This document shows, in pieces, positions 1 to 10,100 of a stretch of DNA of 64,000 bases. The stretch comes from a virus. The stretch lies in IMG/VR virus record IMGVR_UViG_3300028025_000091, positions 96,001 through 160,000 of that record; one strand, 5' to 3'. Under the pieces are notes generated by a model, which worked only from the letters and a program-made list of their open reading frames with translations, was not told where the DNA came from and did not search any database. Within the stretch, counting starts at the first letter, position 1. Each line of letters starts with the position of its first letter. The position numbers and the translations under genes are program-made.

Positions 1-2
1 TT

Positions 3-620
3 GAAAAAAAACAGTCACTTGATGTTGTATCCGATTATGATGGTTCAATTCAAATTCCCATCCAATTACTTAAAATTGGAATCAATGAGGAATTATATGA
101 AATGTACCCTGAACTTAAAGACAAACGTGTTGGTTTAGGTGTAACAAACATTGTGATCGAATATCTTGAATATACTAATCGCTTTACGTTTACTGAGGAA
201 AAAGAAGACATTAAGCAACGTATGATTGCTCAAGATAAAGCATCTGATAAAGGCATTTCATCAAATAAAATAGAGGTAAAAGGAAATGTAGTACTTGCCA
301 AATATTTCGTTTATATTGAAGTCTATGATTTCAGTGTATCAGAAGACGAGATAGTTAAAGTAAATGGTAAACAAACCACAACACAAACAACACGTTTAGG
401 ATTGCAGATTAAATTCGTAGATGCTGAAACCGGCCAAATCATTGTAGGTTCTGGTTTAGGCGAAGCAAACACGGTAAAAATGTCTTCTATATTAGAAGAT
501 ATTACTGATGAAGTAAAATTCAACCAATCCACCATAGGTACTTCAACTAAAAAAGCATTAGAAACCGCATCATCCCGAGTTGTATCACGATTAATTAGTA
601 AAGGTGTATTCAAGAATTGA
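3..620 (+). CDS. CsgG/curli-transport-like outer-membrane protein (5' truncated by window edge)
   Basis: Frame is open from position 3 (EKKQSLDVV...) into the tracked ORF 102..620; LGLQIKFVDAETGQIIVGSGLGEA resembles the CsgG-family strand motif. Confidence 0.6.
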   Translation, partial: EKKQSLDVVSDYDGSIQIPIQLLKIGINEELYEMYPELKDKRVGLGVTNIVIEYLEYTNRFTFTEEKEDIKQRMIAQDKASDKGISSNKIEVKGNVVLAKYFVYIEVYDFSVSEDEIVKVNGKQTTTQTTRLGLQIKFVDAETGQIIVGSGLGEANTVKMSSILEDITDEVKFNQSTIGTSTKKALETASSRVVSRLISKGVFKN

Positions 621-2113
621 AAAAATACTTGTTTATATTATTTCTCCTGTGTACATTTAATATAAGCGCACAGACGTATAATTATAGTTATACTGATCCT
701 TGTACTGGAAATTTAAAAACAATAATAGTTCCAATAAACGGTAATGTTACTGTTTCTTATTACGGTGAATTAGGATCATTTAATGCAAATGATTTTACAA
801 ACGGAAATTTTGAGTCGTGGGCAAGTGGAATTTTTAACCAATATGGTCAAGATTCTCCATGTTCTCAAATTGTGGGGTTAGGAACTGCGGTTAATGTGAC
901 ACAAAGTACAACTTTAAATGTTATGGGAATTTTAAATTCCCTATCAACAATAGCAAGTTTAACAGGTGGAGCAACAAATGTTTTAGGAGGAGCAGTTGGA
1001 TCAGTATCCAATTCTTCCGGAGATGGAGAAAGTAATAGTAACAATAACAAAAATAACAATGGAAACAATAATCCCAGTAATAATCCTAGTAACCCTAGTG
1101 GGGGTGGGAGTAGCATCCCTAATCAGCCTAATCAAAACCCACAAACTCAAAGTGGAGGAACACAAGAAGGAACAGGAACAAGCAGTAGCGAAACTAGTTC
1201 AAACCCTGAAGGAAGCGGGAGTACCGGTTCTACCTCATCCCCTGAAGGAGGAGGAAGTGAAGGAACAACCACAAGTGGTGAAAATGGAGGAACCAGTAGC
1301 GACCCAGGTAGTGGAAGCACCAGTAGTACTTCAGGAAACGGTAACGGTGGGCAAACCAGTCCGAACCAAGAAGGCTCGCAAACCACGTCCGAAAAAACAG
1401 AAGGCAAAACAAATATAACTGCCGGAGCTTCAACAACAGCTAAATCAACTCCAACCTCTAAAGAGGGAGGAAAACCAAGTGTAGTCGCGTCAAGCGACTT
1501 TGTTGGTTTTAACTTTAGAAACTCAGATGTTAAGACTGGATTAAAAGCAACAGGTGGTTATACAGCCATGAAATGGGATGGGAAACGTAGTTGGGGCGCA
1601 TTAGCCGATTATACTTCAGCTTTAAAAGGCCCAAACATTACATGCTTTTATGCTTGGATGAGACCAAAATCAGTAATTTTACTTTCAGGCACTGCAACTA
1701 TTGGATTTGAAGGAAATAAATCCTTATATGGCACTCTAGCATTTGGACAAATGTTCAAATTTAAAAAAGCACCTACCCTTAAAGTAGTTTATATGGCCAC
1801 AGCATCATACGGTCAAGTTTATAGAGTATCATTTTTGGGTACAGCAGTAATTGGTGGTGTAATGTATGATGTTAAAGTGGGTAAACGCATAGATATTAAA
1901 TTAATGAATTTGATGGTTTATGCTCCATATGTTTCATATTATAATGATGTTTTATTAAAGTCACCCTATGTAATGCTTCCTAGCATTGGAACAAACATAG
2001 GTATAACCAAGAAATTTAAATTTAACATAAACGCAGGAGGTGCTTGGGATTTAAAAACCGCAGCTCTAAACTATACAGTAACATGTGGTACAAGAATATT
2101 GGTAGGACAATAA
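617..2113 (+). CDS. Secreted protein with Gly/Ser/Asn-rich linker and probable C-terminal outer-membrane beta-barrel
   Basis: Signal peptide MKKYLFILFLLCTFNISA|Q; ~150-aa low-complexity linker; C-terminal ~200 aa of alternating amphipathic strands. Confidence 0.55.
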   Translation: MKKYLFILFLLCTFNISAQTYNYSYTDPCTGNLKTIIVPINGNVTVSYYGELGSFNANDFTNGNFESWASGIFNQYGQDSPCSQIVGLGTAVNVTQSTTLNVMGILNSLSTIASLTGGATNVLGGAVGSVSNSSGDGESNSNNNKNNNGNNNPSNNPSNPSGGGSSIPNQPNQNPQTQSGGTQEGTGTSSSETSSNPEGSGSTGSTSSPEGGGSEGTTTSGENGGTSSDPGSGSTSSTSGNGNGGQTSPNQEGSQTTSEKTEGKTNITAGASTTAKSTPTSKEGGKPSVVASSDFVGFNFRNSDVKTGLKATGGYTAMKWDGKRSWGALADYTSALKGPNITCFYAWMRPKSVILLSGTATIGFEGNKSLYGTLAFGQMFKFKKAPTLKVVYMATASYGQVYRVSFLGTAVIGGVMYDVKVGKRIDIKLMNLMVYAPYVSYYNDVLLKSPYVMLPSIGTNIGITKKFKFNINAGGAWDLKTAALNYTVTCGTRILVGQ

Positions 2114-3081
2114 CATTACTCGTATTATTTTCATGTAACTTGTTTTCCCAAACATTTACATATTCCGGTTACATCAGAAATGCTGATGGTACTGGAGCTG
2201 TAAATGTACCTGTTAAATTATACAAACGTACTACTCCGACATTAACTGGCTTTACATCTCAACAAAACTATAACGGACATTCATATTATCGCTCAACTGG
2301 AAATGCTTTTTGGACAGATGCAAGAACTGCTTGTTCAAACATGGGTGGTTATCTAGTAACTGTAACTTCAGCTGCTGAAAATAATTTTATATTCGGCTTA
2401 TGGCCTTCTGGTTGGATTGGTTTAACAGATGAGGTAAACGAAGGTGTGTGGAGATGGGTAACTGGAGAAGCTTACTCATATTCTTCATGGAACCCAGGCG
2501 AACCAAATAATGCGGGTAATGAAGATTATATTCAATTTGTTGGTGGGGGTAAATGGAATGATTTACCTAACAATCAATCATTACCTTATGTTATCGAATT
2601 TGATTATATTGTCACATATACTGCTTGGACAGTACAACAAACCGTTTATACAAATTCTTTAGGATATTATTCATTTTCCCAACCAACAAACCCTTCAGTT
2701 GAATGGTATATACAATTAGATGCTCCTACACCAGTAACATCTCACACTATAACAGATATTAGAGGTGTAACAGATAATATACTAGGCAATACAGTGCGAA
2801 AAAGCATACATTGGATACAATATGATACAAACAACGATGGAAAAATAAGCGTTTCAGATGCAATATATATCAATAGAAAACAAAACTTATTAGCAACATT
2901 CCCCTATACATCTAGAATATTTACTCCAACACAATATACCTCTTTAACAACGGGTACAACTGATTTACGCTCAACTATACCAGGTGTAAGTTCAATTACA
3001 ATTAACACTCCTGTAAGTGGTACCACAACAGGAAATTATTATTTAATCGCTCCTGGGTATAAGGGGCAAGTAACTTATTGA
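2083..3081 (+). CDS. Secreted C-type lectin domain protein with dockerin/EF-hand-like motif
   Basis: YNGHSYY...W..AR.AC...GG.LV, WIGL, EPN and WND lectin motifs; DTNNDGKISVSD Ca-binding loop; likely start at ATG 2083 with a signal peptide. Confidence 0.8.
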   Translation: MWYKNIGRTITLLVLFSCNLFSQTFTYSGYIRNADGTGAVNVPVKLYKRTTPTLTGFTSQQNYNGHSYYRSTGNAFWTDARTACSNMGGYLVTVTSAAENNFIFGLWPSGWIGLTDEVNEGVWRWVTGEAYSYSSWNPGEPNNAGNEDYIQFVGGGKWNDLPNNQSLPYVIEFDYIVTYTAWTVQQTVYTNSLGYYSFSQPTNPSVEWYIQLDAPTPVTSHTITDIRGVTDNILGNTVRKSIHWIQYDTNNDGKISVSDAIYINRKQNLLATFPYTSRIFTPTQYTSLTTGTTDLRSTIPGVSSITINTPVSGTTTGNYYLIAPGYKGQVTY

Positions 3082-3082
3082 C

Positions 3083-3532
3083 ATGAAACAGCTATTTTTA
3101 TCGTTATTTTTATTCCCGTTTATGCTAGTTGCACAACAATGTGTTTATGTAGATACAGTGTTTGTAACCGCAAAAGTAAGAGAATTAGGCACACGTGATA
3201 TTCGTTTTGGTATCAAACAAATTGCTGAAGATGCATTATCTGAAAAATATTGTTTGGATGAAACCGGTTTACCTATTAAAATTGAAATATACTATTTTGG
3301 TATTCCAAAAAATACCATTCGAGTGATGGGGGTAGAACGTTCAAACGTAATCACTCAAGTTGGAGTACGTTTACACTACAATAACTGTAAATATGAAGGT
3401 ATAGGCGAATCCGAAACCGAAATTACAGCAGTTTTAATCGAGGTAAAAGAAGGTACAATCCCATTTGAAAAAATGACTGTATCTAATTCCTTAAAAAAAG
3501 CCATAAATGAAGCAGTTAGTAAAATGCCTTAG
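3083..3532 (+). CDS. Secreted protein, possible distant paralogue of the CsgG-like ORF
   Basis: Signal peptide; YEGIGESET...SLKKAINEAV resembles GSGLGEANT...STKKALETA of the first ORF. Confidence 0.45.
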   Translation: MKQLFLSLFLFPFMLVAQQCVYVDTVFVTAKVRELGTRDIRFGIKQIAEDALSEKYCLDETGLPIKIEIYYFGIPKNTIRVMGVERSNVITQVGVRLHYNNCKYEGIGESETEITAVLIEVKEGTIPFEKMTVSNSLKKAINEAVSKMP

Positions 3533-3959
3533 TATATTCTTCCCACTTATACTTTCAGCTCAAATTAAAATAGATGATGTTGGAGATGGATGGAAAAATA
3601 AAGTTGAACAAGCAATAGAGGTTGTAAAACAATACGATTCGGAAAAGTATACTTTACTTACAGAAAATTGTAACCATATCAGCTATTCTCTTTTACCTTT
3701 TTCTACTACCGAAAGTAAAAATACAATCTTAATTTCTCAAAAAGAAATTTTAAAAGGAAATGTAAACGATATAGCTGCTATTTTAGTTCATGAATCTTTA
3801 CATTTATATTTTTTAAAAAACAACATAATCCTCCCCGAAAATGAGGAAGAAATATTGTGTTACACGTATGAGCTTGAATTGCTTTTTAAAATACCTGATG
3901 TAGAACCGTGGTTAATAGACCATGCAAAAAAACAAATTGAATTTTATACAAACCCTTAA
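3507..3959 (+). CDS. Putative secreted zinc metallopeptidase
   Basis: LVHESLH (HExxH) followed by EEE; N-terminal signal-like segment. Confidence 0.55.
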   Translation: MKQLVKCLSIFFPLILSAQIKIDDVGDGWKNKVEQAIEVVKQYDSEKYTLLTENCNHISYSLLPFSTTESKNTILISQKEILKGNVNDIAAILVHESLHLYFLKNNIILPENEEEILCYTYELELLFKIPDVEPWLIDHAKKQIEFYTNP

Positions 3960-3982
3960 TATTTATAAACAAAAGAACGCTT

Positions 3983-4231
3983 ATGAAAAAATTTTTTAAT
4001 CAATTGTTTGACGACAATAACTCAATCAACGAAAAAGCAGTAGTTGGTTTTATTGCATTTATTATGCTTTGCATATCATTAGCAGTAGATTTAATTACTG
4101 GAGCATGGGGTAAAGAATTATTAATTAACAAATTCATTTTTGATGGATTTATGGTAATTGTATTAGGGTCATTCGGAATTGCTTCCGTTGACAAGTGGAT
4201 TAACAAGAAAAAAGATAAAGACGAAGAGTAA
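3983..4231 (+). CDS. Holin-like two-TM membrane protein
   Basis: Two hydrophobic segments, charged C-terminus, directly upstream of endolysin. Confidence 0.55.
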   Translation: MKKFFNQLFDDNNSINEKAVVGFIAFIMLCISLAVDLITGAWGKELLINKFIFDGFMVIVLGSFGIASVDKWINKKKDKDEE

Positions 4232-4842
4232 TGAGTTTAAAAAGTTTACAAGAAAAGATCGGAGTTACCGCGGATGGTGCTTTTGGTCCCGGAACGTTGA
4301 AAGCCGCAATGGCATTTTACAAACTAACCCCAGTACGTGCAGCACATTTCTTTGCACAAACAGCACATGAAACTGGTGAGTATAAATTGTTTAGTGAAAA
4401 CCTAAACTATTCAGCAGCAGGTTTGCAAGGTACTTTTGGAAAATATTTTCCTGGTACACTAGAAGAATCTTACGCTCGTAACCCTGAAAAAATTGCTAAC
4501 AGAGTTTATGCAGATAGAATGGGTAACGGAAACGAAGCTTCAGGTGACGGATGGAAATACAGAGGTCGTGGTGCATTACAATTAACTGGAAAAGCTAATT
4601 ATAAAGCATTTGCTGATTATTTGAAAAAACCTGAAATTATGGAAACACCTGATTTAGTAGCATCAACATATGCTTTTGAATCAGCAATGTTCTTCTTTGA
4701 CAAAAACAAATTATGGTCAATTTGTGATCAAGGTGTGAATGAAGCAGCTATTTTGGCTTTAACAAAACGCATCAATGGTGGAACAAATGGTTTAGACCAT
4801 AGAAAATTATTAACTAACAAATATTACGGATACGTAAAATAA
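4231..4842 (+). CDS. Endolysin, glycoside hydrolase family 19, with short peptidoglycan-binding N-terminus
   Basis: ADGAFGPGT, AHFFAQTAHET, YRGRGALQLTGKANY, TKRINGG motifs. Confidence 0.9.
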   Translation: MSLKSLQEKIGVTADGAFGPGTLKAAMAFYKLTPVRAAHFFAQTAHETGEYKLFSENLNYSAAGLQGTFGKYFPGTLEESYARNPEKIANRVYADRMGNGNEASGDGWKYRGRGALQLTGKANYKAFADYLKKPEIMETPDLVASTYAFESAMFFFDKNKLWSICDQGVNEAAILALTKRINGGTNGLDHRKLLTNKYYGYVK

Positions 4843-4847
4843 GAATT

Positions 4848-5315
4848 ATGCAATTAAGTGAACATTTAGCATTAGCAGAAGTTACAAAAAGTGACACTGC
4901 AAAACGTAAAGGAATTTCAAACATGCCTACTGAAGCGCATTTAGCAAATTTCAAATTATTGGCAGAAAATATTTTTGAACCAATCAGAGTTCATTTTGGA
5001 GTCCCAATCCATTTATCTTCAGGATACCGCTCAGCTGAATTAAATAAAGCTGTTGGTGGTGCTCTTTCTTCCCAACATTGTAGTGGTGAAGCAATTGATA
5101 TTGATATGGATGGACGTCCTGGTGGAGTTACCAATAAAATGGTGTTTGATTATATCAAAGATAATTTAAATTTTGATCAATTAATTTGGGAATTTGGAAC
5201 ATCTACAGCTCCAGATTGGGTACACGTTTCTTATGAATCAACAGGTAAACAAAGAAAGCAAATCCTTAAAGCAGTTCGCAAAGGTAGTGCTACATCTTAT
5301 GTACCATATAAATAA
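4848..5315 (+). CDS. Peptidase M15 (D-Ala-D-Ala carboxypeptidase-like) endolysin
   Basis: SSGYRS..LN.AVGG, SQH..GEAIDI, WVHVSY motifs. Confidence 0.85.
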   Translation: MQLSEHLALAEVTKSDTAKRKGISNMPTEAHLANFKLLAENIFEPIRVHFGVPIHLSSGYRSAELNKAVGGALSSQHCSGEAIDIDMDGRPGGVTNKMVFDYIKDNLNFDQLIWEFGTSTAPDWVHVSYESTGKQRKQILKAVRKGSATSYVPYK

Positions 5316-5333
5316 ACCATAAATTAAATTAAC

Positions 5334-5498
5334 ATGAAAAAAGAGCAAGTTTTAGGAATTATCCGTCACTCCTTAACATTTATTGGAGGTATCCTTTTAA
5401 TGAAAGGATTGATTGACGAAGCTACTTGGACTGAAATCTCAGGAAGTGCTTTAACATTAGTTGGTACTGTTTGGTCAGTAGTAGATAAAAACAAGTAA
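5334..5498 (+). CDS. Small holin-like membrane protein (54 aa, not in ORF track)
   Basis: My translation: MKKEQVLGIIRHSLTFIGGILLMKGLIDEATWTEISGSALTLVGTVWSVVDKNK; two hydrophobic helices after the lysins. Confidence 0.65.
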   Translation: MKKEQVLGIIRHSLTFIGGILLMKGLIDEATWTEISGSALTLVGTVWSVVDKNK

Positions 5499-5517
5499 TT
5501 AAATTATTTAAAAATTT

Positions 5518-5544
5518 AGAGCCCCAATTAGGGGCTCTTTTTTT
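5518..5544 (+). terminator. Intrinsic terminator
   Basis: AGAGCCCC-AATTA-GGGGCTCT followed by a T-run. Confidence 0.85.
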
Positions 5545-5576
5545 CCTTATATACTTTTCAATATTTATCACCCGAC

Positions 5577-5942
5577 ATGGAGAAGTTTTTAAATAATCAA
5601 CAAATACCCTTAACACAAGTTATAGACCCTAATACAGGTCAGGTATATTATGCTCCCCAAAATGTTGTATATGACGATAAAAATGATTCGGGTCCTACAA
5701 CACTTAAAGATGTAATAGTTGACAGTGCAACTTCTGCTTCATATGCTTTAACAGCTTCATATGCATTAAATGGAGGAAGTGGAGGAAGTGCAGATACTGG
5801 TTCTTTATTAATTACTGCTTCATTTTTAGACCCAAATTTAACATTTGAAAAAGGTGATAAAAGTACATTTAATGTAAATATATCTTCTTTAACAGTTACA
5901 AATGCAGCTACGGCATCATATATAAATGGAGGAACTTTTTAA
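5577..5942 (+). CDS. Putative virion/tail-associated protein with SASYA repeats
   Basis: SASYALTASYA motif shared with the fibre gene; ends INGGTF. Confidence 0.5.
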   Translation: MEKFLNNQQIPLTQVIDPNTGQVYYAPQNVVYDDKNDSGPTTLKDVIVDSATSASYALTASYALNGGSGGSADTGSLLITASFLDPNLTFEKGDKSTFNVNISSLTVTNAATASYINGGTF

Positions 5943-6292
5943 TGTCAACTAGAATACCTTTTCAATGGAATACTGCCAACTTCAATTGGGATGCAACAAA
6001 CCCAACTGATGGAAAAACATATCCACCAAATGAAATAGTTATTGGAACTAATTTGTGGGATGATTGCGCTTTAATTATAGAAATAATTGAAGCAATGCGA
6101 GGAGGAAAATCTCCTGATGAATACTTTAACCAAAAACCTGAAAAGAAAAAACAATTTATTAAACTTCTTTGCCAAGTTCAGGGAAAAGAATACAAAGAAA
6201 CTAAAGAGGTACATAAGACCAAAATATTTATATCAGACATAAAACTAGTAGCTAAAGAAGTACTAGGAGTAGACGTAAAAATAGACAGATAA
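5942..6292 (+). CDS. Hypothetical protein
   Basis: 116-aa ORF translationally coupled in operon. Confidence 0.6.
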   Translation: MSTRIPFQWNTANFNWDATNPTDGKTYPPNEIVIGTNLWDDCALIIEIIEAMRGGKSPDEYFNQKPEKKKQFIKLLCQVQGKEYKETKEVHKTKIFISDIKLVAKEVLGVDVKIDR

Positions 6293-6837
6293 TGTATACA
6301 TTATACACAGACAAACAGGAATTATTTGAATGTTCCATTTCACTAGAGGGCGCTTCTGTTAAAAACAGCCAAGCTCGTTTAATAGTTGAATCAGATAATT
6401 TAAATCTTTTATTTAAAGGAACCATCGATTCTAGCGGTAAATGTACCGTTCCTATTAAGAAATTAAAAAATCTTTTAGAAGAATCAACAAAAGGTAAAAT
6501 AAGACTTGAAGTTATAGCAGACGATACGTATTTTACACCTTGGGAATCAGATTTCGAGGTAGAAACTGCTAAAAAATTAACCGTAGAAGTGAAATCTCAA
6601 TCAAATAAAACAACAATAGCGGAAGTTAAGACCGGAGTTACTGTAAAAAATATTAAGGTTGGAGATCACGTTGAAAACTTGTCAAAAATGCTTGTAAAAG
6701 AAAATATTAACGTACACAATATTGGTAAACATAGAGCCAAATTGAATAACGTTATAGCTTCTTACTTAAAAACAAACAAAATAAGCGATGGTGAAAAAGG
6801 CAGAATAATCGAAGGAATTATTCAAACACTAATCTAA
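6292..6837 (+). CDS. Hypothetical protein (possible virion protein)
   Basis: 181-aa coupled ORF. Confidence 0.6.
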   Translation: MYTLYTDKQELFECSISLEGASVKNSQARLIVESDNLNLLFKGTIDSSGKCTVPIKKLKNLLEESTKGKIRLEVIADDTYFTPWESDFEVETAKKLTVEVKSQSNKTTIAEVKTGVTVKNIKVGDHVENLSKMLVKENINVHNIGKHRAKLNNVIASYLKTNKISDGEKGRIIEGIIQTLI

Positions 6838-6845
6838 AATAAGTT

Positions 6846-7109
6846 ATGGCTGGACCTTTTGATTTAACGGGCCAAAATATAGAGACAACATATCAGAGGG
6901 TTCTACAAACTGATGGAGTTAACATATATGATGGTACAGGATCACTTTTTGTGGTCTCGGGGTCTGGAGGCAACATCAATACCAGTTCATTTGCAACTAC
7001 GGGTTCAAACATTTTTATAGGAAACCAAACAGTAACAGGAAGCATTTCGGTAACAAATTCCGTGACTGCTTCCTACTTTGTTGGTACAATCGATGGAGGT
7101 ACATTTTAA
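6846..7109 (+). CDS. Small virion/tail-associated protein
   Basis: SFATTGSNIFIGNQTVTGS fibre-like motif; ends IDGGTF like 5577..5942. Confidence 0.5.
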   Translation: MAGPFDLTGQNIETTYQRVLQTDGVNIYDGTGSLFVVSGSGGNINTSSFATTGSNIFIGNQTVTGSISVTNSVTASYFVGTIDGGTF

Positions 7110-7123
7110 AATATTTATAATTA

Positions 7124-10100
7124 ATGAGCACAATAATAACAAGAAATAGCGCAACATCAGGAAGTACTCCTTCTTCACTTGTACAAGGTGAATTAGCAAT
7201 CAATGTAACTGATGGTCGTTTATTCTATGGTTCGGGTTCTGGAAATATTGTAAAAGAATTTACTGGAAGTGCTAGTGGTGGAACAATTGATACTGGTTCA
7301 TTTGTAACGACTTCATCATTTAATGCTTATACTGGTTCTAATACGTCTCAATTCGCAGGAACTGCGTCATATGCTACAACAGCATCGTATGCTTTAAACG
7401 CTTTAAGTGCTTCTTATGCCTTAACAGCATCATTTATTACTGCTTCAAATGTTTATGGACCTTTTGGTTCAAACAGTATTGTTTCTGCATCATATGCTGC
7501 TACTGCTTCATATGCAACTACAACCTCAGATATTTTAGTATTAGTTAAAAACCAAACTGGGGACACTATTGCAAAAGGTGTTGTAGTTCGAATTACAGGT
7601 TCAAACACATCTAGTGATATCCCTCGTATTGTAACAGCATCTTATGAAAATGATAACAATTCTGCAAATACTTTAGGTATTACCAACCAATCCATTGCAA
7701 ATGGAGACGATGGTTATGTAATGACCGAAGGAATCTTACTTGGAATTGATACAAATGCATTTATTTCAGGTCAGTTAATTTATCTAGGTGCAACAGGATC
7801 CATTATAGGATATGCACCTCAAGCACCTTTACATAATGTTCGTTTAGGTGAAGTTGTTCGTCAACAATCTAATAATGGTTCAATTTATGTTCGTATAGAC
7901 AATGGATATGAATTAGAAGAATTACATGATGTACGAATCACTAGCGCTTCTTCAGGTGACTTATTAATCCGTTCAGCTAGTGTTTGGATTAATTCCAAAC
8001 AACTTTCAGGTTCATATGGCTTAACAGGTAGTTTAACTGCTACTTCATTTACAGGAAGTTTATTTGGAACTTCAAGTTGGGCAAATAATGCTCAAACGTC
8101 TCAAACTTCTAGTTATGTTTTAAATGCAATAAGTGCTTCATATTCTCAAACAGCATCATATCTAAATACACTTAATCAAGATTTAACATTTAATGGAAAT
8201 CTAACATTAAATGGTACTGCATCAATCTCATTTTTAAATGTGGCTTATGAATCTGCTTCTGTAATATACTCAAGTGGTTCAAACCAATTTGGAGATGCTT
8301 CAAACGACGTTCAAACGCTTTGGGGAACAGTTGATGTAAAAACAGGTCCTGTTTTAGTAACTGGATCTTTAAATGTATCTGGAGGTATAACAGGTAGTTT
8401 GCTTGGAACTTCTTCATATGCTGTTCAATCATTGTCTAGTTCATATGCTCAAACAGCTTCATATGTTCAAAACGCTCAAACAGCTTCTTATGTTTTAAAT
8501 GCTGTTTCAAGTTCATATGCATCAAATGCTTTAAGTGCTTCTTATGCTGTAACCTCTTCATATTCAAATAATTCAACTAGTGCTTCATATGCAATTAATT
8601 CTACAACAGCACAAACTGCTAGTTATGTTTTAAATGCAGTAAGCGCCTCTTATGCTACAACGGCATCATATTATGGAGGAAGTGTTATAAGTGCTTCATA
8701 TGCTGCAACTGCTTCATATGTTCAAAACGCTCAAACGGCATCGTATGTTTTAAATGCTATTTCAAGTTCATATGCATTAAGTGCTTCTTATTCTACAACT
8801 TCATCATATTCAAATAATTCAACTAGTGCGTCATATGCAATCAATGCTACAACATCACAAACCGCTAGTTATGTTTTAAATGCAATAAGTGCTTCATATG
8901 CTACTCAAGCATTATCAAGTTCATTTTCTTCAACTGCTTCTTATTATGGTGGAAATGTTGTAAGTGCCTCATATGCAACAACCGCTTCATATGTACAAAA
9001 TGCTATAAGTGCCTCATATGCTACAAACGCATCTAGTGCTTCTGTCTTAGACCTATACAGTATTACTTCCAATACAAATAGCTACTTACTCTTTTCAAAT
9101 ACAATAGCTGCTACGGGACAAATTGTAGGAGGGGATAATGATTTACGATATAACTCTAGTACAAATACATTAACAGCAGTTAATATTTCTGCATCAAGTT
9201 TAACAGGTTCTTTATTTGGAACTGCTTCATATGCTACACAAGCTATAACCGCTCAAACAGCTTCATACGTTATAAACTCTATAAGTTCTTCATACGCTCA
9301 GACAGCTTCGTATGTTTTAAATGCAATAAGTTCTTCATATACTACTCAAGCATTGTCAAGTTCGTATTCTATAACTGCTTCATACTCAACGTTAGCACAA
9401 ACTGCATCTTACGTTCTACAAGCTGTAAGTGCATCATATGCTGCAACTGCTTCATATGTTCAAACAGCACAAACAGCATCTTACGTTCAAAATGCTCAAA
9501 CAGCATCTTATGTTTTAAATGCCATAAGCGCTTCATATGCTTTAAATGCTACAACAGCACAAACTGCATCTTACGTTCAAAATGCTCAAACCGCTTCATA
9601 CGTTTTAAATGCTCAAACCGCTTCATATATTCAAACGGCTCAAACCGCATCATATGTTTTAAACGCTGTAAGTGCATCATATGTTACTCAAGCATTATCA
9701 AGTTCATTTGCATCAACTGCTTCATATGTTAATCCACTTAACCAAAATGTATTAATTACAGGTAGTGCTACAATTGGATCATCTAGTTTAGGTCCATTTG
9801 AAAATACTATAACTTTAGGAGCACGTGATAGTGCAAATGAAGGTGGTCAAATAGGATTCAATGCACCTGGAGGAACATATACATCTGCCTCATTTATTGA
9901 CAACTGGTCAAATTACGCCCGCATATTACGTGGAACAAATGCAAGTAGTACCGGATTGGTAGCTCAGTGGAACCTTCACACTCTTCAAATGCAGTTACCT
10001 GCATACACTAATGCATCATCATTTCCAGGAACCGCTACAGCTAATTTAGCAATTGACTCAGGTGGTAACATTATAACAGTATCAACAACCGGAGGATCAG

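Noticed and set aside
2083-3081. Diversity-generating retroelement targeting lectin or FISUMP domains
   Set aside because: No reverse transcriptase and no adenine-variant template/variable repeat pair seen in this window
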